Assembly (NCBI GenBank): GCA_951406725.2
Contig: OX597838.1
Coordinates: forward strand, 434,001-498,000
DNA: 64,000 nucleotides
Direction of reading: 5' to 3'
DNA from: Octopus vulgaris
Taxonomy: Eukaryota
In this document: in pieces, positions 49,048-63,360 of the stretch
Layout of the letters: each line of letters opens with the position of its first letter
How positions within the stretch are numbered: the first letter of the stretch is position 1
Translations under genes and position numbers: made by a program
The notes under the pieces: model-generated
Database searches by the model: none
What the model saw: the letters and a program-made list of their open reading frames with translations, nothing else
What the model was told of the DNA's origin: nothing

Positions 49048-52000
49048 AATAATAACAATAACAACAATAAAGGCCTGAAATTTAGGGGAAAAGGGCTAGT
49101 CGACAACATCAACCCCAGTGCATAACAGGTACTTATTTCATCGACCCCCACCCCCTCCCAAAATGATAAAAGGCAAAGTTGAACTCAGAATATAAATGAC
49201 TTCGAAATCACACTTTGCCTTATTAAAAATAGACACATAAGATTATGTAGTTTGAATGGGATGGTCATTGCTGGAATGCTTTCAATATCTGCTGGATCAA
49301 GGCATTTTGGCTGGTGTGCTAATGGTTCTGCCAGTTAGCTGCTTTCTTAATAATAATAATTTCTTATATTTGTTACAGGAGTACATTATAAAGTCAAAGA
49401 TTAGCCATAAATCAGCCTTGATCCAGCAGATATTGAAAGCATTCCAGCAATGACCATCCCGTTCGAACTACATAATCTTATGTGTCAATTTTTAGTAAGG
49501 CAAAGTGTAATTTCGAAGTCATTTGGCTGCTGTTTCAGCCCAAACAACCTTCACAGGCAAACATGTAACACTCTCCCCTTCCATGCCCACCACTATAGGA
49601 ATAATGAAAGCTCTGTAGACTTCATTTGCTATTTCAATCAATTTTTTTAAATCTTTAATCACAAACTGAGAAATCTTGATACAAAATGAAGGATGTGGAA
49701 AGTGATTTCAACTTACACTCCAGTCAGTTTTTTCACCATGGGGCAGCAGTGAATTCTTAAGTAAGTTACTCAGTGCATAACAGGCATTCCAACGAACCTA
49801 AAAGAAAAGGAAATTGGAAATGGGGTCTCAAGATGCAACAAATATGGGTGAGGGAGTTGGAGGGGAGAAGCAAAATAATAGAGGTGGAGTAGCAGGTGTG
49901 TGTGTGTGTGTGTGTGTGTGTTTGGAGTACATCAGTGGTGGGGTGGACAGTGAAATATACTATATTTGGTCCTATATTATGCCAGTGGTTATATACTACA
50001 TCTGGAATTCCAACATTATGTTTCTTGCAAAGTGAACAGGGAACGTAAACATCAGACTCGTCTCTGAGCAAAATGGTGACATCATGTTTACATCGCTTGT
50101 TGACATTACAACTGGTTGTTCTGTGGTTTTGAAGGCCTGTTCTGCATTAGACAACCTTCATTTGATAAATAGGTAGAGGTTGGCAACAAGACGAAGATTC
50201 TGCTGCAAAAATAATACCTCAAGATCAATTCTGTTCTAATTGATGCTAAGCTGGAAAGATAAATGAAGAAGAAACCTCCGGGGGAAGAATGAAATATGTG
50301 AAGGAGAGAAAGCAAGGAGAGAATGCTAAGCTTAAGCCAGTTTCTTACCTTCATTATTCCTGCAGAAGCATTTTCAACTAAACATTTCACGGCTGTCTCA
50401 ATATGGGACTGAATGTTCGGATTTCCTGTGGAATGGAAAAGTTGAACTTTGATCAGTCACAATGCAACTTCACGGATGGTTGTTTGGCTTTTTAAAGACC
50501 ATATTTATCACATAAGCAACCACCACCAGCACCACCACCAGCACTCCACTCTACCCCCAGCAGATTCAATACTGTTTAGTGCTTAGAAGCTATCCATGGT
50601 TAACCACAAGTGTATAGATGGATTCTGATTCCATCCATGGAGGGCTGATGGGTCAAGGTAGGATTTGAACTTAGAATAGAAGAGAAATACTGCAAGAAAT
50701 CTTTCTAACAGTTTCACCATTTCATCTTTTGATCATGATGAAAGAATGAGAGGCAAAGGTGATGCTACTGGGATCTGAACAAAGAATGCAGGAGTAATAA
50801 ATACAAAAAGGTATTTTATCCAATACACAGATGCTTCTCCCAATTTGGCATCAAAACAAACTTTAATTAGGTATTGCAGAAAACCCATTTATTTCAATGG
50901 CTAAACCTTGTTCTTGTCTGTTAAAAAACAAAACAAAATGTGACAAATGAATTTAACGGTTTACAAGTTGTTTAGAATAAAGAATAAAGAATAAGGAAGC
51001 GTGTGAGAACTGACGGAGAGATTTTTCTGAAATAAAACAGAGTAGATTGCCTAAGGCTCGAACTCCATTGGAACGGATTTTGTCGTTGTTTTGGGAGGCT
51101 TTTGTGGCTACTTCGAAGAGTTTTACTAATAAAGAATCAGAGAAGTCTTCAATGAATTGTGTTTCCTGGTTTTCTCTGGAAATTACAAAGAGAGAAAATA
51201 ACAGAATGATTAGGGTTTCAAGTCACATGGAATCAGGGGAATATTTTATACAAATATCACCACAACAACTTTATTACAATAAAATAATTAACTACTTGAC
51301 ATTATCAATTTGTTTTTTTTTATGCTCATCATAAATAAACCCAGTTAATTAACTAATTATATTTAATAAACACAATAAAATACAAATAAGTAGAATAGAA
51401 TAGTAATGTTGTACAGTAAAATAGTTTAAAAGTCGTACTACAAGGAGAGTACAACTGAAGACCTCAACAATTGTGACAAACACTAAATTCGAACACTAAT
51501 ACTAAGCCACAAATTTCAGGGTGTGTAACATTCCATCAAATGAGGGGTCAGCCACAACTAGGGTCTAGTCTACAAAAGGCCATTTAAGTCTTCTTTGTGG
51601 GCCTCAGATCTTTTCTCAAATTTTATATATTTGAGGGCCACTGAGCATTTGTTTGTGTTAAATTGTTTCCCTTTTTACATTGAAATTAAAATATTTGCTT
51701 ATTTAAACATTGTCAGTGATGGAAACAGTGAGATAGAAGGGAATCGTTTTATATGCAAGACATTGTATGACATAAACAGGGGTCGATGTTAGAAAAAGTA
51801 AAATGAGTTAAAACTGGGCAATTACAAAAGGCAGTTTTTGATCCATGAATTAGATGAGCCCAGTACATGACTGGTACTTTATTTCATTGAATCCAAAAAG
51901 GTGAAGAGCCAAGCTGCCTATGAAGAGGATTGAACCCAAAACATTAATGTACACAAAAGAATAAGATTTGTTTAATGATACTGCCCATCCATCACAAATA

Positions 52001-55000
52001 TTTGAGACAAATGTTAACATTCTTATTCAGTTGTAAACACATAGGTGTGTATATATATATATATACACATATATATATACACACATCTAAATAACAGTTA
52101 TATACATGTAAATAGTAGTTTAAAAGCTTGAAACAGGCCAAGAAGTTTTTGATGGGATGGGGAGATCAATTATATTGACCCCAGTGTGCAACTGGTATTT
52201 ATTTTATTGACCCCAAATGGATGAAAGGCAAAGCCAACCTTGGTGGAATTTGAATTCAGAACATAAATATGGACAAAATGCTGCTAAGCAAACTAACAAT
52301 TCTGCCTGCTCACCACTCTTCTATCTACGTAAATAATGGTTGTATACATCTAAATAATAATTATGTACATCTAAATAAATAGTTATATACATCTAAATAA
52401 CAGTTATATATACATAAATAATATATATATATATACACATAAGTGATAGTCATATACATCTAAATAATATATATGGTAGTTAAATGCATAGAGCAATTAT
52501 ATACATTTAAATAAATAGTTACATTCATCTAAATAACAGTTATATAGATATAAACGTTATATAAACACAATGACCCCCACCTGTTAATAGCCAATGCATC
52601 ACAGAAATTAGCAAGGGCCCAAGTAGCCTTCATACGGACAGTGGTGCTTTGGTCAGCAGCCAAGGTTAGAATGGTGTGAGCAGCATCAGACATAAAAGAA
52701 AGATCCTGAGAAAGAGAAAAGCAAGAAAACAAAGTCAGATTTAGATTTAATTCTTTATTTCTTCAGTAATTACAAGAGATTTCATTAACATTTTAGGGGC
52801 AGGAATATTGTCAGATCAAAAACACAACCAATGTCTCAGTTATGTCGTTTATGCTTTATTTCAATTCTTTTCTTTCCATTTTTACGAATTTATTTTCCAA
52901 AACTCTTCATTCTTATTCCGTTTTCTGATTTATTCTTTCACAAGAATTCTTGAGATTTCATTGTCCTATTGAATATCTCATCTCTACAATCTAAGAGTTC
53001 TGCCCAATGATGGAAACAGAAATGGAATTGTTCTATTTTTCATTCTCCAAAATTCTTTCCTGAAAAGCCAGGATGAATTCGGAATGCTGTTTGAGGAATA
53101 TCTCCAAGACCGGAAACTTGAAGTAATCATGAAGAAGAAATCTGTTGCTTACATTATTTTATATTCACTACAGTAAAGGTCAGAAGTTATATATATGTAT
53201 ATATATATATATCACCATCAGTGAAGGTGCATGGCTCAGTGGTAAGAGCATTGAGCTTACGATCGTGATGTTGTGAGCTCGAATCCTGGACCGAGCTGTG
53301 TGTTGTGTTCTTGAGCAAGATACTTTATTTCACGTTGCTCCAGTTCACTCACCTGTAGAAATGAGTTGTGACATCACAGGTGCCATGCTGTATCGGCCCC
53401 TTTGCCTTTATCTTGGATAACGCTGATAGAGAGGGGAGATTGGCAAGCATGGGCGACTGCTGGTCTTCCATAAACCACCTTGCCCGGACTTGTGCCTGGG
53501 AGGGTAACTTTCTAGGTGCAATACCATGGTCTGTGTCGTGACCGAAGGGGTCTCAGAATATCACCATCATCATTGTCATTTAATGTTTGTTTTCCATACT
53601 GGAATGGCTTCGACAGTTTGACAAAACCGACAGGACTCTATTGTCTCTTTTGGCCTGGCTTCTACAGCTGGATGCTCTCCATAATACTTTATAAAGTGTG
53701 CTTATTACATAGCAGAGGTGTGTGTATATATATATATGTGTGTGTGTATATAGTCCAACCCATGCCAGTGTGGACAAAGGACATCAACTGAAGAGAAGAT
53801 ACACATACTCATTCCCCCACGTAAGCATATACACACAAACATATATATGTAGATACACACAGGTCAAATATCTATTTATTCCAGGAAGTGAATAGGGTCA
53901 GTTATTGAACCTGTCACAGAAGAGTAACTGACAGCAGTGGTTCTGCAGCATCAGAGTGCAGCAGTAATGCAGTGTTAGATGTTGTTTAAAAGTGTTCTAA
54001 TAAACTACTCACATCACGCAGGCAGGGTTGTAATACGTAGACTCCAATGGTCCTTACTGCTGAGGCCATCACCAGTTTGTCTCCACCCATTGTTAAACCT
54101 AACACTGATGTCACACACAAGATACGAAGATGGCGCTGGAAAGAAAAATAAAACAAAATTTGACAAAATATAAAAAACTTTTATAAAAATTCTGCAAGTT
54201 TTTTTTTAATTACTGGCTAATTAGCCTGTTAACTGGCATCAGAGGCTAGTTTTATAAGAAGAGAGAAGGGGGAAGTAAGAATGAATTCATAACCCTTATT
54301 TCTAAAGATAACAGTTTAGGCCTGGCTCAGTGGTTAGAGCATAAGGCTCACAGTCATGAGGTAGTGAGTTCGATTCCTGGACTGAGCTGTGTGTTATGTT
54401 CTTCAGCAAGACACTTTATTTCTTGTTGCTCCAGTTCACTCAACTGTAGAAGTGAATTGTGATGTCACTGGTGCCAAGCTGTATTGACCCCTTTGCTTTT
54501 CCCTTGGATAACGTCAGTGGTATGGAGAGGGGAGGCTGGTATGCATAGGCAACAGCTCGTCTTCCATAAAAAAACCTTGCCTGGACTTGTGCCTTGGAAA
54601 GTAACCATCTAGGTGCAATCCCATGGCAATTCATAACCAAAGGGGGTCTTTACCCTTTACCTTTTTTTTAGTTTAGGGGTTTAGTGGAAAGAAATAGTGT
54701 GAGTCATGTTAAACACATCTCTCTCTCTCTCCAAAGAGCCCAGACCAAAATTACAATTATCATTTTATCACGGCAAACTAACATGTTTTTTTAAAATTTG
54801 TTGTTGATCTTCCTTTTGTCAACACAGACCACTAACAACTGGTGTCTTTGTTCAGCACCAGATGTAATGAGCCTACGACATCTGGCTCAACTGTTAGTAA
54901 GATTGTTATGAACAGCGATGGCATTTGGTGTAATTCTGACTTTTTTTTAGCTTATTGCAATCATCTCAGCTCAGCTCATAACAATGGCATAAACAGTGAC

Positions 55001-58000
55001 ATTATAATAGAGATGTCATTTATTATTAGTAAAATGATATCAGTTCCACGAAATGTAATGAACCTGGATTCCTGAGATACAATGGGATATGGATGGCATT
55101 ATAACTTTTACAATCATGTAATATCTGTTTCTCTAAGCTAGACTAGACTGGACAAATCTAACAGTGTCTTACCATCATGACCATTAATCATCTGACCCCC
55201 CACACACACACACGCAACAACGATCAACTAAGTCTGTTGTGTATGTCAGGTTTCCAAGGCATATTTTTCATGGCTGGAAACCATGATTATGGGAATGGTT
55301 AAGCTAAGTATTATTGCATTAGCAGGCACTAAAGGGGTTACTGATAGCAGGGGCTAAGGAATTCCTTGCACACTATGGCAGATGTAATAATAAACGTAAT
55401 ACTTACAGGAAGCAAGGGGAAAATCATTGAACCGATGTTAGAGAGACAGTCGCAGGCTGCTGCACACACTGGGCTATTCTCTTCACACTGGAGTGCTGAC
55501 AGTAACGGTCCGTTGAGCAGGTATTCCCAGAACTCCAACACCTGTCACATATAACAATCATAACATTATGTAAAGACATGCAGATGGTGGTGGCAGTGAA
55601 GCCACAGGTGATATAATCAACAACATCAACAGTTAAAATCACTTTACCTGTTCCACAGTGAACATATCAGAATTCGGTTCGTTTGAGTTGTCGATGTTCT
55701 GTAAGTCTTGACTCAAAACCTGTGTCAGTTCATCAAGTAACTGAAATGACAAGGGTTCAAGTTGAGTTAGGAGTCCAATATTTATTAATCACAGTTGAGA
55801 TATTAATTACAGCTGAGATGTCATGAAATATAAACTAACACTTAAGGTCTCTGCACAGAGATCATTAAAACCCGATTTCACAAAATATCAGAAGGTGGCA
55901 TTATAATGGAACAAACGGGTCAAAACTGTAAGTTTGACCTGAGATATAAGTACTTGGCTGGTTTCCCTCTGGATTCGATGACTGTAGTGCAGAGTGAAAC
56001 CAACAGGTGACATTGCTCCGATTTGATGGAAACCCAGATAATTTCCATAACAGCCAGCAACTCTACCTGATTGCTGGGACACAAATTGGCCAGATTCTTT
56101 TCAATTCTATTCCATAGATTCCATCTGGGTTTCAGGAAAGGTGAAGTTACCTGGACAAGGAATCACTTTGATGTGGTGGTCAGCAAGCCACACAAATTGT
56201 TTTGGCACCATGTGTAGGCACCAAATCAAGCTGGACTTCACCAAATAGCCTGACCAATACCTCATGGGTAAAATTTGGCCGATAGAAACTGGATGGAAGC
56301 TAGTGTGTGTGTGTGTATGTGTGTGTGTGTGTGTGTGTGTATCCTTCCCAATGACACTTTTCAGATTGTGACAATGTTTATGACCTAAATGTACAAAATG
56401 TTCAGCAGTTGGGTAGTTCAGATGAGGTTATGGAATTAAAGGTACCTCAAATGAAACACAATTAAGGGTCAGCCTCAAGAAGGGCACACGCCATAGAACA
56501 TTGTCCTGATAAATTCTCCTTCTAACCCAAGCTGACAGAGAAAGAGGGAACATAAAAATGATGATGATGATTGTTGGGAGTAAACAAGTACCTTGATGGC
56601 ATGAAGTTTGAGGACCCCTTCACTGTCTTCCATACAGGCTTGAATCAAATTTCTCAAGAGTCCAACATTTTTCCTGAATTAAAAAAATAGAATAAAAAAA
56701 ACATGCTGAATCATTAATTTGTTATCATAATTAATCCTTCTCTATGAGTAAAGGTTACAAGGATCCACCATAATATCTTCTATGGCACTGACCAATAATA
56801 TTTACTTGATTTCCACAAGGTTTTCAGACCTACACAACATGAACTGTCAACTATTTTAAACCTATTCTTTCAGTCCACTTTTGATGTAAATATGCATACC
56901 ACAGACCCAACTGTCTCATCATTCTCATTTGCGTTAGAAAGATGGTTGGGTGTGACTTTAAACGGCACCTGGTCGTAGGACTCTGATTCAGGTGTTCCAG
57001 GGTTTTGAGGAATGTGGAACTACCATGATGGTTCTGAGGTCTAATCTGACTCAGAGTACTGACACTTGCCAGGATCCCAGCCATGGGTTAATTAGAATTA
57101 CCTCTGGAAGAAGGCTGCCCAATGGACATGAGGTAGATAAGGCCCTTCAACTCTGGCTGCTTGTCTGAGAGAAGGTAACTCCATATAAATCCTGCATCCA
57201 GATAACAACTAGGATTGTGCCCTTGTACTAGACGGATATAAGTTTAAAGGATGAGAGAGTGGGGCTGGCTCTGCACAAACCATGATTCCTATAATAACAA
57301 TAATAAACCCTGCTGTCTTGTAGAGCAATTTATTGAGTGTTTAGAAAATGCTAAGAGAGTAGACCCCTACAGAAAATCCAGAGAGAGGGACCCTAAGGCA
57401 GATATGTATGGTTATACTTAACCAATAACTGACATCCCCTTCAGCTTCATTGATGCTGCAAATGTGTTGACTTGTCTTTCTTCATAGCATATCCATGAAT
57501 AGAGAGGTGGTTAGGGTAGCTGGGGCTGGGCACTTGCTTCTGGAAACAGCCCAGGAACAGCAGAGGGGGTTAAGTTACCATCTCTGCAATACCATCAACC
57601 AACTATAAAAAAAGACAATCTCACACACACACATATGACAGAAAAGGGTTGTGTAAGATGTAGCTTTTGTAAGTATAAACCTTTATCTCAGTCAAACAGT
57701 ATTTGTCTTTGATAAAGTAAATTTATTGAGTGAGTTCCATAGAGCTGAGAGGAATCCTGCAGACACTGTCTGGCAGTGGTTCTGTGAAGACATTATCCAC
57801 CAAACGGAAATATAATTAACAGAAGTCAATTAATGGAAGGGTGTGGGTGTCTTAGACAGTCTCATCATTCTCATCTTCATTCACTCATTTGTTCAAGAGA
57901 ATCCCATACAATCTGAAGAAATGTGGAGGCCATCAAATGTAAGTTCTCGATCCTGGTGTAACCCTAGGCCTGCTGAAGGATTTTTTAGAAGAAATAACAG

Positions 58001-58557
58001 TGAAATCTCTATCAAGATCATGTTTTGCTATTTTAAAGATGAAAGCAGACATGAGATAATCTATTCATGGAAATACTATGTCTTAAAGGAAAGAGATTTT
58101 TTCCTTACATGCGCTCAACTATGTCTAATCTAATACAAAATAGCAACAAGACATCATACAATCTGCCTTTCACTCCAAGACCATATAACAAGGCAGTTGT
58201 ATATCATTGTTCTCTAAACAGATATTTACCTGATCATTGGGAAGTAATTCTTGGTGAGGTGTGCCAATATTTGTAAAGATTCCAAACGTATTGGAACGGG
58301 TTCAGTTGTGTGGGCCACATTTGTATCGTTATTGTTTACCTGTTGAGGTAAGATGTTCTGTACACATAATGTTATCAACCAAGATGTATTTCGCAACTGG
58401 TTCTGGATGTTTTTGTCTTGGAATATTACAGGAGTCTGCAATCCAGATGGAGTTTTGATGGGGGTAAGTGGTTCGCTAGCAGAAAAACAATCTGGAGAGA
58501 ATTAAAAGAGGAGAGAAGAAGAATTAAAGAGTTTGGAGGAATCAGTTTGGAGATATG

Positions 58558-58588
<31 letters not shown>

Positions 58589-61500
58589 GCTCGCTTGTTT
58601 AACGTCTGTTTTTCCAGGATGGTATGGGTCAGATGGGGAGTTATTTGAGGCAATTTTTAACAGCACTTCTAGTCATACTTACTGTTTTTCAAATAAGGAA
58701 TTTTTATTATTCCAGAATTCTTTAAAAGCACAGAACCACCAATCATAATGTCAACAAGGAATACAAACATTACATCAGTTTCCTTCGAAGAGTGACAATT
58801 GAATCCACTGAGTATTAACATTCTCGCACACATATATACACATAAACCTCAAAAAAAAAAAAAGGCCTACCACATTTCATATAATCTTGTTGGTTTGGCA
58901 CCACCTCTCCCTCCATGCCATCTCCTGTGAACTGGAACTCCTTACTGTAAGCCATAACTGCATCTTCTGTTGTGCCGTTAGTATTGCAGTCAGCAGATAA
59001 TGTGGTACTATTTCCTCCTGATGGTGGTTTTAAAGACTGTACAATGTAACATACTTCGGCCAAAGCTGGTTGTAGACTAACAATAGCACCAAAGCAAGTC
59101 AAACAGGCCACGCGGATATTAGGGTCTGAAATATATCAGAAAATAATTGGTTGAAGAATAAAATAGAAACGGGCATAATGTTGTGTAACTGAGTTTGAGA
59201 GAGAAAGAAAAACAGAATGCAAGATGTCAGTTGATAGGTTAGGAAAGATTCGTTGAACACAAGGCAGGTATTTGTCAGCTTCATCATGACATTTACAGAT
59301 TATCATCATCATTTAATGTCTGCTTTCCATGCTGGCATGGGTCAGACAGTTTGACAGGATCCAGTGAACTGCAGGAGAGTCAAGCTCAAACATCAGCTTA
59401 GGCATGGTTTTTACACCTGGGTGCCCTTCCTTGAACCAACCACTGAACAGGGTGGACTTGGTAATTCCTATTTGTGACACTGTAAAGTCACTTTCTACTG
59501 ATGTAGGTCTGAAAATATTTACCAACAGCATTTTAACTAAATATCACTTCATTTTGCCTCCCAAACAATAAGTTTACTCTTCAAAATGAAATAGAAAAAT
59601 AATTCAGTTGTTAATCTTTTACAACCCCTGATATATAACTATACCACACGAAACACTAACATATTACCTATTACATAGAGGTAAAGACCCCCTTCAGTCA
59701 CGAATGGCCATGGGATTGCACCTAGAAACTTCCCCTCTGAGGAACAAGTCCAGGAAAAGTTGTTTGTGGAAGACCAGCAGTCACTCATGCATACCAACCT
59801 CTCCTCTCTATGCTACCGATGTTATCCAAGGGAAAGGTAAAGGCTGATACAGCTTGGCACTAGTGATGTCGCAGCTGAGTGAACTGGAGAAATGTGAAAG
59901 TCTTGCTCAAGAACACAATACACAGCCTGGTTCAGGAATCAAACTCACTACCTCATAATTGTGAGCCTGGTGCCCTAACCACTGAACCATACACACACAC
60001 GCATATATATATATATATGTACATACACACACGTCTTTAATACCACACACACACAGCCATCACATACTGCATACACTGACCCCAATAAAAGCTGATGATG
60101 TGATTGATGCAGCAACCACTGGTCCCTATTCATTAGTTTTCTGTCAGTAATTCGCCCACCCCTGTCCAGTTTTTTCTATTGCTAATCAAACCCTAACCCT
60201 ACTCATCTGGCCCCTCTCAGTCCTTAATATTCAATAATACAACTTGAACATTGACACAACATTAACTTCACTCAGTTATCCTTCAACTCCAGATTGGGTG
60301 GAGCCATGACATTGTTGTCAACAGAATGAATTCATCATGCCTAGAATATATTCAGGAAGACCAGCATGGTGCCATGATGAACATATGGAGAAAACCAGAC
60401 GTTGTTTAGCCCTAATTCAACCCTAATCTGGGTAGACCTATGACTAAAGGCAATCCATTCTGTGACGACCCCGTTTTTATGTAGACTTAATACATTTATT
60501 TTACAGCATTCAATTTGCTGTTCTTTTTTAAAGACAATAATAAGAGATTTGAGGAACATTTGGCTGCTATTTCTAAGTCAAATCTCATTGATGAAAAGTT
60601 CACAGTTCATAACATTGCAAAATCCATTGGTGCCATAGCAAATTGGTAGAATCTATTTGGAAGCATGGTAACATCAGTCGCTTGATACCAAAGTATCACA
60701 GAGTCTCTTGGTACCGAGGTAAGCTGATGGTGTTTCTTGGTACCGAGGTAAGCTGATTGTGTCTCTTGGTACCAAGGTAAGCTGATGGTGTCTCTTGGTA
60801 CCAAGTTAAGCTGATGGTGTCTCTTGGTACCAAAGTAAGCTGAGACAGTGTCTCTTGGTACCAAGGTAAGCTGATGGTGTCTCTTGGTACCAAGGTAAGC
60901 TGATGGTGTCTCTTGGTACCAAGGTAAGCTGATGGTGTCTCTTGGTACCAAGGTAAGCTGATGGTGTCTCTTGGTACCAAGGTAAGCTGATGGTGTTTCT
61001 TGGTACCAAAGTAAGCTGAGACAGTGTCTCTTGGTACCAAGGTAAGCTGATGGTGTCTCTTGGTACCAAGGTAAGCTGATGGTGTCTCTTGGTACCAAGG
61101 TAAGCTGATGGTGTCTCTTGGTACCAAGGTAAGCTGATGGTGTCTCTTGGTACCAAGGTAAGCTGATGGTGTCTCTTGGTACCAAGGTAAGCTGATGGTG
61201 TCTCTTGGTACCAAGGTAAGCTGATGGTGTCTCTTGGTACCAAGGTAAGCTGATGGTGTCTCTTGGTACCAAGGTAAGCTGATGGTGTCTCTTGGTACCA
61301 AGGTAAGCTGATGGTGTCTCTTGGTACCAAGGTAAGCTGATGGTGTCTCTTGGTACTAGGGTATTATAAGAAGATGCAGCTTTGATGATTACATACCTCG
61401 ATGCCTGACCAGGTACTTCAACTGTTTGACAATACGAGTCAAAAGACCAGGTTTCAATCTGTGGTAAGGGCTGTTGGCCACCAGGGTTGAGATACACTGA

Positions 61501-62446
61501 AACAAGATTCAAATAAAAATTATTGAGAAACATAGATTGACTGGAAATACAAGTGAGAGTCATGGCAAATGGAGAGGGTGATTGGGAAGACAAGACAGAA
61601 ATTGAGGAGAATAGGCCAAAACTAAAACTAATTCTTGGTATGGGTGTGTGCTTAAGAAGTGTTCTTCATAATCATGGGATTCCAGGTTCAATCCCACCAT
61701 GCAGCACTTTGGACAAGTGTCTTCTACAAGAGTCCCAGGTTAAGCAATTTCTTGAGAAAGGAATCTTGTAGATGCATCTTGGCATCAGGAAGGGAAGCCT
61801 GCCAGAGAATACTGCCTGAAAAAGCCTCATCCAACCCATGCCAACACTGATTGATATGTGTGTGTGTGTGCATGTCTTGACATCACATGATTGTCTCTGT
61901 CACACAAGCAGTGTCGTTGATTTCCATTATTCTGCGAGAACATATCTGGCCAAGGGGAAATACTACTTTGCTCAGAAACAAGTGAGGGCTGGTGAAGGGG
62001 AGGACATCAAGCCATACAAAAACATCTGCCTAAATAAACTTTGACCAACCCTACAAGCAAGAAGCAATGAACCTTAAAACAATATATACTAAAGTCGGCA
62101 CAAGCACTTCCACACATTTATACAGGACAGAACTTCCAGCTCCAAACTGATTCACACGAGGCTTCAGTTAGCCATGCAATGGGACTGAACCCAGAACCAA
62201 GTGGTTGAGAAGCAAGCTAGGCAATCCCTCATCAAATATGTATAGCAGTAATGGCTATATAGCCTAATGACCACTGAGCAATGGAACAATGTGTTGAATC
62301 TATAAATGGTACGTACTTTCACGAGCTGGGTGAGCGTGAGGGGATAATTCTCAGAAACCACAGCAAGTAACAAACTACGATGTAATTCTTTCAGGGTTGA
62401 CCCAAGAACAAGGGAGAATGGCATGAAAGCAGTTCGGACTTGATCA
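44921..62446 (-). CDS. HEATR6: HEAT repeat-containing protein 6, 3' 16 coding exons (about 721 aa; 5' part beyond the window)
   Basis: Exons 62446-62317, 61496-61397, 59125-58871, 58491-58230, 56673-56592, 55740-55648, 55541-55407, 54135-54013, 52705-52581, 51175-51015, 50425-50349, 49797-49717, 48991-48770, 48212-48065, 45862-45746 and 44976-44921 (ends FKQIYD*). Phases chain correctly. Motifs AFMPFS..LKELHRSLLLA, KATWALAN, DKIRSNGVRALGNL, MKVRWNACYAL and NFKVRINAA. Confidence 0.92.
46962..48000 (-). mobile_element. RTE-like LINE 3' part with tail, in a HEATR6 intron
   Basis: ORF 47621..48025 (LEVIDSFRYLGD...RVKGRLYDACVQTAMQHGSDTW) and LCWYGHVMHM; tail ends in the shared CCATGCCAGCATGGAAAACGGAC motif. 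Confidence 0.8.
49075..49195 (-). mobile_element. Partial tRNA-derived SINE (Deu/Nin-like)
   Basis: GGTACTTATTTCATCGACCCC...AAAGGCAAAGT is the reverse complement of the family core. Confidence 0.6.
52135..52320 (-). mobile_element. tRNA-derived SINE (Deu/Nin-like)
   Basis: Reverse complement of the family core and head. Confidence 0.65.
53222..53552 (+). mobile_element. tRNA-derived SINE, second family
   Basis: TGGCTCAGTGGTAAGAGC A-box, TCGAATCC B-box, TGTTCTTGAGCAAG body; homologous to 54318-54660 and 59680-59990. Confidence 0.8.
54318..54660 (+). mobile_element. tRNA-derived SINE, second family
   Basis: TGGCTCAGTGGTTAGAGC, GAGTTCGATTCC and a GGGGGTCTTTACCC end. Confidence 0.8.
59680..59990 (-). 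mobile_element. tRNA-derived SINE, second family
   Basis: Reverse complement of the 54318-54660 type. Confidence 0.8.
60702..61358. repeat. 29-bp minisatellite (about 22-23 units) in a HEATR6 intron
   Basis: Unit GGTAAGCTGATGGTGTCTCTTGGTACCAA; two 31-bp variants (AGTAAGCTGAGACAGTGTCTC...). Confidence 0.95.
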
Positions 62447-62634
62447 CTGAAAATGAAAGAAAGAAAGAATGAAAACAAAAAGCAAAGAATTTTAGAGATA
62501 CTTGTTGATATATATGTTGTAGAATTCTCAAAGAATTACTATTTCAATAAAATATAAACAACATTTGGTAAAGATAAGTGTTAATAGCATCACTCGCTTT
62601 CACACACACACACACGCACACACTCGTGTGTGGA

Positions 62635-62702
<68 letters not shown>

Positions 62703-63360
62703 AAATTATGATAAACACTGACTGGATAATGGTAATCTATGTAGAGCTCTAAATCATGTGACTGTATATACAAGACAGACAGACAGAGTCATACATACAT
62801 AAACAATCAGTATATGACTTATTAAACAGAGTTCAACAAATTCGTTCATCTTTATGTAATGGAGGAGATTCGATGTTAAAATGGATTCTAGTCTTTTATT
62901 TTGCATGTTGCTATACAATTTGTTTCATAGAAAAAGACTCAAACATTCATAAACAGAAAATCGCAAAAGTCATATTTGTACTTGTCAGTAGCTGATATAG
63001 AAACTAAAAAGTACAGAGATTGTCTCTTAGTTACCATTTTAGAATTAACATATTCATACTTGGAAATAATTCCAATTAAAGGATGAACTTACATTCATCC
63101 AATAGAAAAAAATATATGATATATAATATTATATATATATATATACATACATGACTTTAGGTAAAAGAAAATACAGGATGATCAGTTAATTATGATTTTG
63201 TTCAACATATTCCCTTCTCAGATTCACAAACTTATTGCAGTGGTCCTTCAGTTTTCCTAAGCTCTGTAAAAGAACTTAGAAGATTGGGCTTCCAACCAGA
63301 CTCTCTGTGATACCTTTAAAACCAGGAACTTTTCAGCACCACCTCATGTGTGTATATATA

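Noticed and set aside
52335-52550. Degenerate ~21-bp tandem repeat (ACATCTAAATAACAGTTATAT) and a 31-bp doublet at 48281-48336
   Set aside because: Ordinary intronic slippage repeats with no further structure.
60607-61593. 328-aa ORF and CRISPR-like periodicity
   Set aside because: The ORFs are translations of the 29-bp minisatellite. The units are contiguous with no unique spacers and there are no cas genes. The real exon (61496-61397) is in another frame.
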